This document shows, piece after piece, positions 23,963 to 36,026 of a stretch of 64,000 nt of DNA. The notes beneath the pieces were generated by a model. It saw only the letters and a list, made by a program, of their open reading frames with translations, was not told the origin of the DNA and made no database searches. The stretch is taken from assembly GCA_973895155.1 (NCBI GenBank), contig OZ316899.1:12589934-12653933 (forward strand). Direction: 5' to 3'. How positions within the stretch are numbered: position 1 is the first letter of the stretch; every line of letters begins with the position of its first letter. The translations under genes were made by a program, and so were the position numbers. The DNA is from Marsupella aquatica (taxonomy: Eukaryota > Plantae > Marchantiophyta).

Positions 23963-24862
23963 TTAATCATCCCAGGCTTCCTCGTCATCCTCATTATAAG
24001 GGAGTCTTAACTGAACCAGGTCTTGGTAGCTATTCAACAAATTTTCCAAACAATCAACTGAATCTGTCCATGGTGTTTCTACCAAATGTAATTTGTTCAG
24101 AACCTCCTCATACTTCTGTTCTTCCTCGGGTGTAACACGTGCAATTGGAATCTTGTGTTTCTTTAAGAAGAAGTCTAAATCATATTCCTCTTCCATCGGC
24201 TGCAACCTTACTCCTTCCATCCACTTCCTTTTTAGCACTAGGACATTAACCAACCTTGCTATCGGAGGTAGATCTGTCGTCCATTTGAATGAAGTTTGGC
24301 CATTGATAGGAAGCTCCCTTCTTATCACCTCCCAACTCTCATTGTAAGGATCTCTTAATTGATCTATTAAACGACATCGAGCCAAGGTCATCACCGACTT
24401 CTCCTTCCCTAGCAAATGATTTGAATTCTCATAATAATACTTCAATACATGTTCAAGTTCAATCCCCCAATTTGGATTTTCACTTAAATGTCCCAATGCT
24501 GATATCAATTCTCCTTGTGCATCTGCCTCTAAAGTTTCTTCCTCCAATTGGTTAGCAATTATGAATTCCGGAATGATAATTTGGTCAAATTCGTGGTCTG
24601 CTGTGGCCGTTACCAATTCTAGGAGCCCATCAACAGCTCGCTTGAAGACAAAGATCTTATCAAATAGAACATTAGTGGTCCAGGATTTGAGAGGGACTAA
24701 ATCTTTACCCCAATAATAGCTTTCTCCCAAATCATCCTCTTGTCTTCTCTTCAGTATTGTGGAGCGACCTTGTGCACAATTACACTTAATAGTGTAGATC
24801 TGATTTTCCCTAGACCTGATTTGGGCTCGTTCTCTCTTTCCTGGTCTGTGCCGCCTTACCAT
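23963..24862 (-). CDS. Extra ORF (299 aa, unknown function) between PBS and gag of element B
   Basis: Uninterrupted ATG-started ORF with globular-protein composition, on the element's sense strand within the 5' leader. Confidence 0.55.
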   Translation of the reverse strand: MVRRHRPGKRERAQIRSRENQIYTIKCNCAQGRSTILKRRQEDDLGESYYWGKDLVPLKSWTTNVLFDKIFVFKRAVDGLLELVTATADHEFDQIIIPEFIIANQLEEETLEADAQGELISALGHLSENPNWGIELEHVLKYYYENSNHLLGKEKSVMTLARCRLIDQLRDPYNESWEVIRRELPINGQTSFKWTTDLPPIARLVNVLVLKRKWMEGVRLQPMEEEYDLDFFLKKHKIPIARVTPEEEQKYEEVLNKLHLVETPWTDSVDCLENLLNSYQDLVQLRLPYNEDDEEAWDD

Positions 24863-25004
24863 TGGTGAAACACCAATCCTTTAGACTCAATTGTCTCTTA
24901 TTTCATGCTCCATTCTTCCTAGATTCCTTCTGGAGTCTATAATCCCTCATTCTCATTATTCTTCTAAGTCTGCCTCTTGGCAATGTTTCACCAATGACCG
25001 TCCC

Positions 25005-28000
25005 TGTGGTGCGTCCCATGGCTCCCTAAACCCAAGAAACCCCCCAGCTCAAGCCGATTCCCGCAGGTTTCGCGCTTGGCGAGGCCGTTTCCGCGGCTTA
25101 GCGGCATGGGACGCTGCTAACCTTCTACTACTACTATTAACATTTTACACACATATACTGGACAGATCCTTCATCGGGTCATGAGATACGTAGCCGGCCT
25201 AATCTAGGCCTTCCCTTGTCTTCCCCTCCGTCTTGTTAGGTATGTTTGGATTCCGCCGCCGGAATGATCCCCAATAGGCTTGGTTAAGCCGCTAAGACCT
25301 CTCTCAGCTCGACACATCCAACTCTCACTCCCCTGCTTACTTTCCTTCCTTCTGTTAGTTGATGTGGGCACTCTTCACACAAGTTAATGTGACACACAAA
25401 TAGCAAAATGACTCATTCTGACTGAGTCATACCATGCACTTGCCATACAAACAGTACATCTCATACACAAGCTCTGCAAACTAAGCCGTGAGGCCAACTC
25501 TATTCAGCTCTTAGGCATGAGGAAACATGAATATACACAAGGGTCACTGTATGACTAACCGAGAGCTTCCCTTACTACTTGATCCCAGCCCGGCTGGTGC
25601 AAACTAAAAACTTGCTAAAGAAGAGGCCCTGAGCTCCCCGTTGCCCAGGTACTTATCCTGGTAGTGGATCCGCCTAATTCTTTGCAGCATAAGCCTAATC
25701 TACCTAACAGTAATCTACTTGCCCGGATCTACCTATGTACAGCAAGGCAGGAGCACAAGTGTTGCTCCTACCAGTGGAACCGCAATCCCACTAAGCTAAC
25801 TGTGAGGGCCGCTCCTGGTCCTGATCCTAATCCTAAACTTGGAGATCAGCGCCCGCCCTGCCCACTCACGCCTCCTACCTCCACGTCCGCCCTTCCTAAA
25901 AGGAACGGTGCCCTTGCACCGTCACGACACCGGTGGTGGATCCTCAATGGACGCCCCCAACGCTTCCTCCTCAGCCACTGCCGTAGGTTCGTTTTCTGAC
26001 AGATTACTTGCCTTTGACTGAGTCAACTCTCCATCGGCCTGACTGGGTCCACCATCGGCATCGGCTCGGGAATCATTCTCGGCTACGGCCTCAGCCTCGG
26101 CTATGGTCTCCCCGGCCTGCTCAAGAGGCGGATCTGGGATACCGGCCTCATTACTGAGTAGTTCGGCTTGGGCCGCACCATCCCCACCTTTGATGATAGC
26201 GGGATCTATTGTCGTGTTCATGCCGGAGGTTGGTGCTGGGTCTACCTCCTTGGTCACCACGGCCTGTGGAGTCAGATTACTCCTTGACCCTGAAGGTTTC
26301 CGCTTCTTCTTCTTTTCTGGTTCGGCAGCTGGTCCCTTCCCCTTCCCACTTACTTCCGGCACTGGTGCAGGTGGCGCGGCTTGTTCTTCGGCCAGTACCA
26401 CTCCTGGTAACTTGGTTGCCCCAATTGGAGTTGGGCCTGATGAAGACAAGCACTTAAATACTGCGGCTTGTTTCTTCAGCCGCTCTGTTTGGTTGTCGGC
26501 CCGCCGCTGGAGGTTCTCCATCTTCCTCGTGATTTCCTCCAACTCCTCCTGGGTCTCATCCAGGTCCTTGCGCGCCTCCTTTAGTTCCTTCTGGGCTTCC
26601 TCCCGTTCCCTGTGGGCTTCCTCCAGTTCTTTCTTCAAGGTAGCCCTCTCCTCTCGGGTTGCTCTTAGCTCCTTGTCGAGCTCTGCAATGATGACAGACT
26701 CCATCTGGTTCATCTTGGCGTAAGTCTGATCGAGCATCTCGTCCTTCTCCCTTAGGTCGGCCTTGAAGCTGGCCGTCAGGGACGCAAGCTCCTGCTGCAG
26801 CGCCATAATCCCTTGATAGGATTTCCCTAACTCGGCCTCCTTCTGCTCAAGGGCTCCGCGAATTTTCTCGAGCTCCCCCTTCAACGCCCATTCCTTTCTT
26901 TGGGTCTCCGCCATGGCCCGGCTGTTGGCTGTTATGTGGGCCTCCTCTGCATTCCTCAGCTCTCGCTTCCACTTCTCCCTCTCTTTGATCGTATCGGCCA
27001 ACTCTCCTTGGGTCCGCGTCAGTAGATTCTCGATCATTCGATTATCAGATTGTGCGGTATCCAACTGGCCCTGCATGATATTTAGCTCATGCCGCTTAAT
27101 CCGCAGCTCATCTTGGGCTTTCTTGGCCACCCTCAGGTCCTTGATTTCGGCTTCCCTTTCCCTAAGCCGACGGATGACCTCGTCCTTCTTGCTTCTTTCC
27201 AAGGCCACCGCTTCTTCTAATTGGCGCTTCTCCAACATCTCCCTCTGGAAAAAGGGTCCCTGCTCCAACTCCTCCCCAAAGATGCTGAGCGCCAGTTCTC
27301 CACACATCTCCCCGTACTCCATGGCTCTGTCTTTAGCATAGGTGGAGGAAGTAGAAGTCATCGGCATCATCCACCGCGGCCTCTGCTCCCAAGCCGTCTT
27401 GCGGATCTCTTCAATCGTGGCTAGAGGTTTGCTTCCTTTTTCGGCTAGCCGTTTGATGTCCTCCGGCCAATCTCCTCCTGGCAAATCCTTTTCTCTAGCC
27501 AGGGCTGCCTCCTCTTCCTGCCTGATTTGCTCCTGAAATTCCTGCGCCGTCTGTTTTATGCCGTCAAAGCTCGGGGGAGCAACATCTGGTGGGGGAGACT
27601 CAGGGCTACTCTGCTGGTTGGGGTCCCCTCGTACTACCCTTGGAAGTGTGGGGATAAACCGGCCATAGGTCCTTACTCCTGGAACGTGATGGTCCGACCC
27701 ATAGCCGGAGTTATCATGGCTGCAGTCCTCCACTGCCTCCTCTACTTCTTGGACTTCCGGCTTCTCCCTCTCCTCTTCGTCCGTAGGAGCTTCAGGCAAT
27801 TCTGCCTCAGATTCAGAGCTTGAGACTCCTACGTACATTCGAACACCCGGCTTGGATTATGGCCTCTCCTTGTCTCCAGTAAAGGGGTTTTCCCTTGTAA
27901 GCCGGTGTAGGCCTACCTCTGGAGCAGTGTCCTGCATTGTTGCCGTTGTCGTTGCCGATGTCGATCTCTTTTCTTTCTCCAGTAGTTTCAGCAGATTTTG

Positions 28001-29681
28001 CATGCCTGGTTGCTGCATCGGCAAGTCCTCCGTCCTTGGCCTAAACACCTGCTCGATCGTAGGGCTAACAGGTGGTTGAGGCTTCTCTGCTACCGGCCTC
28101 GGTGCTGGAGCTTCCTCGGGTGCCCTTACCTGTAGGGGAAGTACTGGGGCAAAGGTCTGACCTCTGGCATACCGGCACAACAGCGGCATGTGATAGCCAA
28201 GCTGCGACACGCTCCCCATGCCGATTACCTGCTGCTCCTCCTTTAAGATCTTCTTCAATTGGTTGAGGAGGTACCCGTTGTAGTCCCGGCTTGGGTCTGG
28301 CCTCTCTGCCAGATAGACCTGTGCCTTGCCGATCTCTGCCCTCGGCAAGTTACAGTGCATGGTCACCCTCAAGAAGTCGATCATCTCTCCTATGTGCGGG
28401 TTGGTGCAGGTGTTCCGGAAGAAGCCATTCTTCGTTGATGGCCCGGGGAACGACCGGAACTCCTTGTCAGGCAAGGTCTTCCTGGTATCAACTTTGATCT
28501 TATTGCCTATCGGCAAGCCAAACACTTCGGCAATCACCTTGGGAGTAAGATAGAAATCCTTCCCATATATCCTCGTGCAATTGGTCTCGGGTTCCCATGA
28601 CCCCACGAATTCTAATAGGTCTGAATCCGGCACCTCCAGCTTCAGCCATGGTAATCTTACAAAGGCCTCTAAGCCGGATCCGGCCATGAAGCCTTGGTAC
28701 TTCTTGGTTTGCATGGTCGTAAAGCATGCATCCTCCTCCCGTGCAAAATGTAGTTGCACCTCCACCGGTAGGGTTGCCGCCCAGCCTTTCCAGGTGTCAT
28801 CCCTGGTTGGAATGGCCTTGATGGGATCGACCTCCTCCTCTTCGGCTTCTCCCTGCCTCCTGCTCTGCTGCTCGGTTGGCTTCTTTGGTGCCGCCGACCT
28901 CGTTCTTTTTGCCGGGGTGGCTTCATCGTTGATGGCTCCCTTCCTCTTCATCTCTGCTGCCGTGGAGGTTTCTCCTAGCACCGTTGCCTGGGTCCACCTT
29001 TCCGTGCTACCCTTTAATTCCCAGTGTATGTCGTTGCAGTTCTTGATGGCGTCTCGAATGCCGATGATGTTGTCTTTGCAAAATAGAAGATCGTCGAGCT
29101 GATTGGAAGTAGGAGTCCACAAGAACTCGTCCTTGATGAGTTCGCCTCCTAAGAAAGCCGTCTTCTGCAGCTCCCACAATTGAGCGAGCTCCTGCCGTTC
29201 TCGAGCTGCCCTTTCTGATTCCTCGTCCTCGTAAGTCTTGATGTACTCAGTTTCCCGTTCGAACAGGCATCCCCAGAAATGTGCCGCTTGATTGACGTTG
29301 CTCATACCCTCCTTAGGTCGATCGTCGGTATCTACTCTCTCCCCGAGTGCTTGCCTAAGCAGCTGACAGTAGTTGGCCTCCCGTAGTCGTCTGCCTAGTT
29401 CGTGCTCGCAAATGAGCCACCATTTCTTGCAAGCACTCCTTACCCCTCTCCTCTTCCGGTCCTTCCTCCCCTTGATCCTTCCTAGCCGCCGACGCTTAAC
29501 GTGCCCTAACCCTAATTGAGTTTTCACCCCCAACTTCCTTACCTCCAGCCTCGGCCCGGGTTCCATGGTCGCCCCTAATTGTTTATATTTTCCTTGTTTT
29601 GTCCCTATACTAAGGTGTTTCTAGGGTGCATTCCTGCTTTACCCACTTAACTGGCCGAGTGATTCCTGTCTAGGCATCACA
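25005..29681 (-). repeat. 3' LTR of A2 (4677 bp)
   Basis: Direct repeat of 39900-42668 apart from a 1910-bp deletion in the latter. Bounded by the TSD and the PPT. Confidence 0.95.
25922..29566 (-). CDS. LTR-encoded PMD-like + long coiled-coil protein, family A (about 1214 aa; one in-frame TAA at 27857)
   Basis: ORFs 27857..29566 and 25922..27838 are in the same frame, 18 nt apart. The A3 copy reads through (P-E-H-K-P-G-V-R-M-Y versus P-*-S-K-P-G-V-R-M-Y). Motif EFVGSWEPETNCTRIYGKDFYLTPKVIAEVFGLPIG. Heptad-rich E/K/L/R stretch. TATAAA at 29582-29587. Confidence 0.85.
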
Positions 29682-32036
29682 TAGCTCCCCACTTAATTGT
29701 GAAGCGTCCTCGCGAACAACTTCATCTTCGTCCATATAGTATTTCTTGAGGCGGTCATAATGGATGCGAACTGGATATACTTCTCCCGTAATGTTGGCCA
29801 ATTGTACGGATCCATTGGAGAACTTCATGGTTACTCTAAAGGGTCCTAACCAGCGAGTGTAAAGCTTTCCTGGAAACTTACTATACCTACTGTCATAAAG
29901 TAACACAAGATCACCGGTGTGAATACTAACTACTTTCAACTTTTTATCATACTGCTGCTTCATGATATTCTGTCTATATTCTACTCTCTCGGCTGAAATC
30001 ATTCTAGCCTCCTCTAAAGCTTCTAACCTATGTTCTCGCTCCTTTAGGCTCTCCTCCGCTGAGGCTCTTTCCTCAATTGTAACTTGAAATGTCGGTATCT
30101 CAAGTTGCATGGGTACCAGGGCTTCTTGTCCAAAGGTTAAGAAGAAGGGTGTATGACCGGTAGTGGATTTATAGGCTAGATTGTAAGCAAAAACAGCAGC
30201 AAACAATTTATCATCCCAATCAAGTTTGTTCTGAGCTACTGTCTTGTTCAATATCTTTCCTATAATTCCGTTTGCTCGTTCTGTCAACCCATTTGCCTTT
30301 GGATGGTAGGGAGTAGTAGGCCTATGTCTAACTAAATACTGCTCATTTAAACGACTAATTATATCATTCAGAAAATGGGTTCCTCTATCACTAACTAATT
30401 CTAGGGGTGCTCCATACCTGGTGAAGATCTGCTCATACATGAATCTAGCCGTAGTAATTGCATCATCCTTCGTGGTCGGTCTGGCCTCTACCCATTTAGT
30501 TGCATAATCCGTAGCCAGGATTATGTACTTGTTCCGTCGAGGGTGGGTCAGTGGTTTCAGAGGTCCGATGTAATCAATACCCCACTTCTCGAATGGTGCC
30601 AGAGGTAGAATAGGGTGCAGTGGATGTCTGGTGGACGCCCTTGGTCCTCCCGCTCGTTGACAAGGATCGCATTGTTTGATAAACTGATAGACATCCTTGT
30701 GCAAGGTGGGCCACCAGTAACCGGCATTTAATATCTTTTTAGACGTGGTTACTGGGGCAAAATGTCCTCCGGCCTCCTCTCCATGCATGGCCCGTAGGAC
30801 TCATTTTACCTCTCCCTTTTCCAAACACCTTTGAATCGTGCCGTTGATTCCATGCTTGTGCAGTATGCCTTTAATGCACTGATACTGTCTGACCTTCCGC
30901 ACAAAGACTGCGGCTTGTTCTCGGCTTAATCCTGGCTGTAATCTGGAAGTGCTGAGAAAATGTAAAATCTCAGGGTACCATGTATCAGCTATTTCCACAA
31001 CGAATAGCTCCTCGTCGGGGAATCGATCATCGATGCAATCCGTGGCAGGTTCACCTGTGATTCTTGAAAAAAAATCGGCATTGGCATGTAATTTTCCCGG
31101 CTTGATCCTCAGCTCATAGTCAAACTCCTGTAATAGCAAAATCCATCTTGCTACTCTGCCTGTAAGGTCCGGCTTATTGACTAGGTACTTCAAACTTTCA
31201 TGATCGGTATGAAAGATTACCTTGTACCCTAGTAAATAATGCCTAAACTTTTTACACAAATAAATGACTCCTAATGCTTCCCTCTCTGTGGTGGAGTAGT
31301 TCCGTTCGGCATCGGCAAGCTGACGGCTTGCGAAGTATATAGGATGGTCCCTTCCTTTCTCATTTAACTGACTTAGTACTGAGCCGATACAGAAGCCCGA
31401 GACATCTACAAAAACATGAAAATCTTTGTTCCAGTCCGGTGCTATCATGACTGGGGCCTCTACTAACATCTGCTTCAATTCTACCACTGCTGTGACTCGT
31501 TTGGGTGTGGGTTCGAAGTCTGCTCCTGCCTTGAGCATGTTGGTTAATGGTAAAGCTAGCTTGGCAAAATCCTTGATGAACCGGTGATAGTAACCAATGC
31601 ATCCCAAGAAGGATCTTACATCCTTTATGTTCTTAGGTTGCATGATATCTAGCCATACTGCTAGCTTACCTTTGTCAATCTCAATGCCCTTCCTTGATAC
31701 CTTGTGACCTAGTAGCACCCCCTCGGTTACTGCAAAGAAACATTTATCTGGGTGTAACTTGAGACCCACCTCTCTGCATCTCATGAAGGTTTTTCTGAGA
31801 TATTTAGCATGTTTCGATGCCTTCCCGAATACTGCAAAGTCATCAATGAAGATTTCCATGAACTTTCTCAAGTAATCATGAAAAATGTTCACCATCAATC
31901 GTTGGAACATAGCTGGTGCGTTGCAGAGTCCAAACGGCATACGATTGAAGACATAGATCCCCCATTCCGTGATGAAGGCCGTCTTGATTTGGTCTTCCTG
32001 CCGAATCCTGATTTGGTTATAACCAGAGTACCCATC
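29670..32036 (-). pseudogene. A2 pol: RT (C-terminal part), RNase H, integrase; the reading frame runs through the PPT into the 3' LTR
   Basis: YSGYNQ, MPFGLCNAP, FIDDF, NYSTTEREAL, WGIDYIGP, SDRG and WLGPFRV motifs. Stop at 29670 lies 10 nt inside the LTR. Confidence 0.93.
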
Positions 32037-35000
32037 TGTGACGCCGCCGGTACGGCGGTTAATGAGTGATTCAGTTTAACTGCGCTCGGCACGCGCGTTA
32101 GGAGTGTCTTAGGCCGCTATTATTAGCATAACGACAGTATTTAGGTAATCATTATGGGTAGGATATCATTAGGCAATAAGGGGGAATTCAGGTTCGGACT
32201 GGCGGCTGGTCGCTATTCGCACACCCGGGTTACGAGCGTGGAGGGGCCCCTCCCTCGGGTCCGTATAACAAACTTAAGGAAGCGGCCACTGACACGCGCT
32301 GACTCAGACCGGCGGAGTGGCCGACACACCACAAGCGTGAGCGGTTCAGCCTATGGGCATCGAGGAGACGTCGGGGGATCGACAAGCCCTCAAGGTATAA
32401 AAGGGGAGCCAACCCTTTGTAGTGCACCAGTCCATTAGTCCACGCGCCAGCTTCGACCCTAGCTCTCTCGTTCGCTCTAAGTCGCCACTATCTCCTCTGA
32501 ATGTCGCACACGATCCTCTCCAACTCGGCCATTCGATTCTGGACGCAGTTCCTATCTACCGGAAGGCACTTGGCCGACTCATTGAAACACGCCAACCCGC
32601 GCCGATACAAAATCGAACGCGAGTACGAGAGAGCCATCCTCCTAGCAGGACGACACCACTACATCCTTAACTTTGACTACCCGTCTCAGAGCGAGCTTTA
32701 TCGACCAGCAGAGGTATCCGCGTACTTCTTCAGCGGAGACAAATATATCGGGTTCTGGGAAGCATTGCTTCGGCTTCCGGACGAGGTCTTCAATATCCCG
32801 GGTATGATCGACTTGCAACGACATCACTTTGACCACATCCCTGCTCAGGTTCGGGCTATCATCAACAGCGAGTCCAGCACAACCCGTTCGACAAGGTCGT
32901 CTGCACTCGCTTCGGAGAACTTCTACCAGCACCTACAGAGCTTCATAGGAACTCGGCCAGCAACCAACATGACCAACTCAGTCGTACCCGTACCCGTACC
33001 CATACAACCTCAGGCTCAACTTCAGCTTCAGCCGCAGCCTAGCCAAACCCCACCACCGATCGCCCAGCCAGCACAAGTACGCTCCGTCATCAACGCTGTG
33101 GATCTTAGCGATGACGACGAGGCTACCCTACCCTTGACCAGGTGGCCCAGAGGAACAAGCGCTCAGGGGGCCGACACTATATCGTCCCCACCCCCTGCTC
33201 TGACCCCAGGAGCGGCCCCGGCAGACAACATGGTGACCGTGGCCGACCCGGGCCCGTTACTAACGGCAGCGGCACTACCCAGGCCCGATCGGGAGGATGG
33301 GGAGGTGTCACCTTCCCCGAGCCAGTCACGGGGGAAGAAGAGGAAGGAATCCGCCACTGCATCCGGGTTACCGTTGGCCACGGTAGTCGTGGCCAAGGTG
33401 ACGATGCACCGCATGGGGGAAAACATTCACAAAAACATCCTCCATCCCAAGCATGCGGTGTACCTGAAGACTCAGGGATTCGAGCACCTCGCCTCCCTCC
33501 CCTGGAACACTTGCAGGTACTACGGGGAGGACATGACGGAGTTCGTCAGGAATTATGACGACGCGCGTCAACATACTCGGCTGCAGGGAAGGAGTATGTC
33601 CCTCACAAAAGAACGGCTCAGGATGATCTTCGAGTTACCCGAAGGTGACCATCGAGTCGAATCACGGGCTCCCGGGGGCAAGGGAGCCAAGTACCAATCT
33701 TCAAGTTTTCCCTCAGAGGGAGCAGTGGACAACGGGTTCGTGATGAAGACCTGCCTCATCCCCGAGATAGCTGAGCGACTGGAGTTCCAGAGGTACGCCC
33801 TCCACATGATGGAACCCCGGGGGGAGATCTCCGCCGCCCAGGTTATCCAGGTCGAGAACTATCAACCTAGGAGGTGGGCGTCGTACTTCGCTAAGAAATT
33901 CCATGAAGAGATGGAGCGGCGAAGGAAGACGCTGTACATTGGCGGGAAGGCGTATTTTGCTAGCCACATCGAGATCATTCTTGAGTGGTACGCCCGGTTT
34001 GATCGACGAACCCTTCCCCGTGTCAACGTTACAAAGCTGGTCCCAGCTAGGTGGGTTTTCCCGGCCTTGGAGAGACGGCCCCAACCCGAGCCCCGAAGTC
34101 CAGCGGACACGCCAGCTTCACCCACCGCACCTCCACAAGTAGCTGTAGTCGTAACCAAAGAGGTACCGGATGGGTCGGTTGTCGCAACCGTTGATGCGAC
34201 CCAACAAGCCGGGCTAAGTACAGAAGTCGGTACGACGGAGGTCTTACCCGAGCCAGGGTCTCCCAAAGACCCACCGATGGCTATTCCGGAGAACCGGACA
34301 TTGCTGCAGGAGGACACTCCAGCCCTTCCAACGTTACGTCCTCAGGGCTGGACGTCACTGCCCCGGCCCCCGCGCGTGTTGATGTCTGCCCGTGCCCAAC
34401 TCCGGACAGGCACAACCTGGACCACCCGGAACTCTTCGTACCGGGTACATTTCTGAATGGGCTTCTGGGAGATTTCTCTCATCAAATTGCCCGGGATACC
34501 GGGGAGTTCATGGCCCGAAAGGTAGCTTGTTTCTTCAATCAGGAGTTGGTTGCCGCAGTAAAGGCAGGTCGGGCCCAGTCAGAGGCCCTTCAGAGAATAG
34601 AGCGGTACCGAGTGGAGTCCGTGTACCTAAAGAACGAAGTTGCGGCTCAAGAGGCTGAGCTTCTGCAACTACGACCCAAGGTTGCAGCCGCCAATGAGTT
34701 GTTAGCAAAGGCGCACGCTCTTACCGCCCTAGCCGAACAGGCCAAAGCTGGGAACGAGGCCGAGATTACACGACTCCGGAACCAGATTGACAGTTTGAAG
34801 AATCAAACTGTCACCTGGCAGAAAGACCTGGAGGAGGCCGAGGAACGGGCCCAACGGGACACGGCGGAGATAGCCACGCTGCAGACCGAGGTGGTGCGGC
34901 TCCAAACCGAGGCCGAGAAGCAGGACCAGCTGGCGGGTAAACTGACAAGTGACGCCCAGCAGCTGGAGGAGGCTTGTCAGGAGGCAGCAGAGGAGACGGA

Positions 35001-36026
35001 CGCGGCGAGGCGAGAGAACGAATCTCTGCTGGACCAGGTCCAGCTCCTCAAGGCGGACAATGACAGGCTTCGAAGGCAGCGGGATGGCCGCTCCCATTCG
35101 GGCGGCTCTGGCAAGCGTGCCAGGCATTAGCAGCGGAGTAGGAATAGATTAGGATTAGGACTGGCTTAGTCAGGCTCTTGGGACAGGCACCTGCCTTAGG
35201 TACAGCAGCGCTGCCGTGCTGTCCAGCCTGCGTAGATTAGGATCTTCTAATAAGACACAGCCGTTTTCCGGCCTGACTGTCAGCTTAGTTAGGACCTTAG
35301 TCAGCGAATCTTCGGCGAGAGGACACCCCGTCCCTCGCCCCTTAGTATTTAGTGCACCCCTCGGTAGAGGCAGGGGGGTTTTTAGTTGCAGAGTTGGGCG
35401 TCCGCGGTATGTGCGTGGAGTCCCGACCTCTGGGAATGAAAGAGTACCAAGGGGAGGGGGTAGGACTAAGCTCGCCGGGCGAGTGCGGAGCCGGGCTCCG
35501 TTGTAGTGTGCACCCTCGGCCTTGGACCTGTTCATTCCGGGGCTGTCAGGTCAACTAAGTGTACACATATGTTCCCTTTGTAGTAAAATCCTTTCCCATC
35601 ATTTTCCTTCGTGTAAATCGAGATTGTATGCATGTGCGCGTGTATGTGTGTGGGTTTCTCGTATATGGGTGGCAGCGCCAGGCCGAACGCACTACCCGAG
35701 ACGTGCACAGGGTGCAGCCTGCGGGTAAGTGGTTGCGAGCACGGGTTGAGGACCTGTATCATCGAATCCGGATCGAAGGCGGACAGCACGAAGGCTTAGA
35801 AGCCCTTAAGCCGGGGTTGATCCTACTATCGACTAAGGTACATTCCGGCGGCGGAACACAAACCATACCTAGGAGGTGTCCGTATTTAGCAGTATGCGCA
35901 CTTAGCGCTAGTTTACGAGAATAAGGTGCATTACGTGCTTCCCTTCCTGCCCGAACCCTCAGATTTACGAGGGATGTGCCCGTCTAAGCTGAAGTCTGAG
36001 TTAAGGCCGCAGCCGATGACGTGACA
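32037..36026 (+). mobile_element. Solo LTR of family C (C2, 3990 bp) inserted into A2 reverse transcriptase
   Basis: TGTGACG...CGTGACA flanked by TSD CCATC (32032-32036, 36027-36031). Splits RT at SFMDG|YSGYNQ. No PBS or PPT adjacent. Confidence 0.96.
32501..35130 (+). CDS. LTR-encoded PMD-like + coiled-coil protein, family C (single 1-bp frameshift near 34325)
   Basis: ORFs 32501..34456 and 34510..35130. Comparison with C1 (7690-7710) shows a 1-nt deletion. Motif QGFEHLASLPW...DMTEFVRNYD..RQHTRLQGRSMSLT.E.L.MIFELPEG. Confidence 0.85.

Noticed and set aside
26103-29102. Long antisense ORFs (26103..26723, 26913..27341, 28575..29102 and equivalents)
   Set aside because: Shadow frames of GC-rich or coiled-coil coding sequence, with no recognisable motifs.
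25922-29566. Two separate genes in the family A LTR
   Set aside because: Both ORFs are in the same frame, and the A3 copy has GAA where A2 has TAA, so this is one ancestral ORF.
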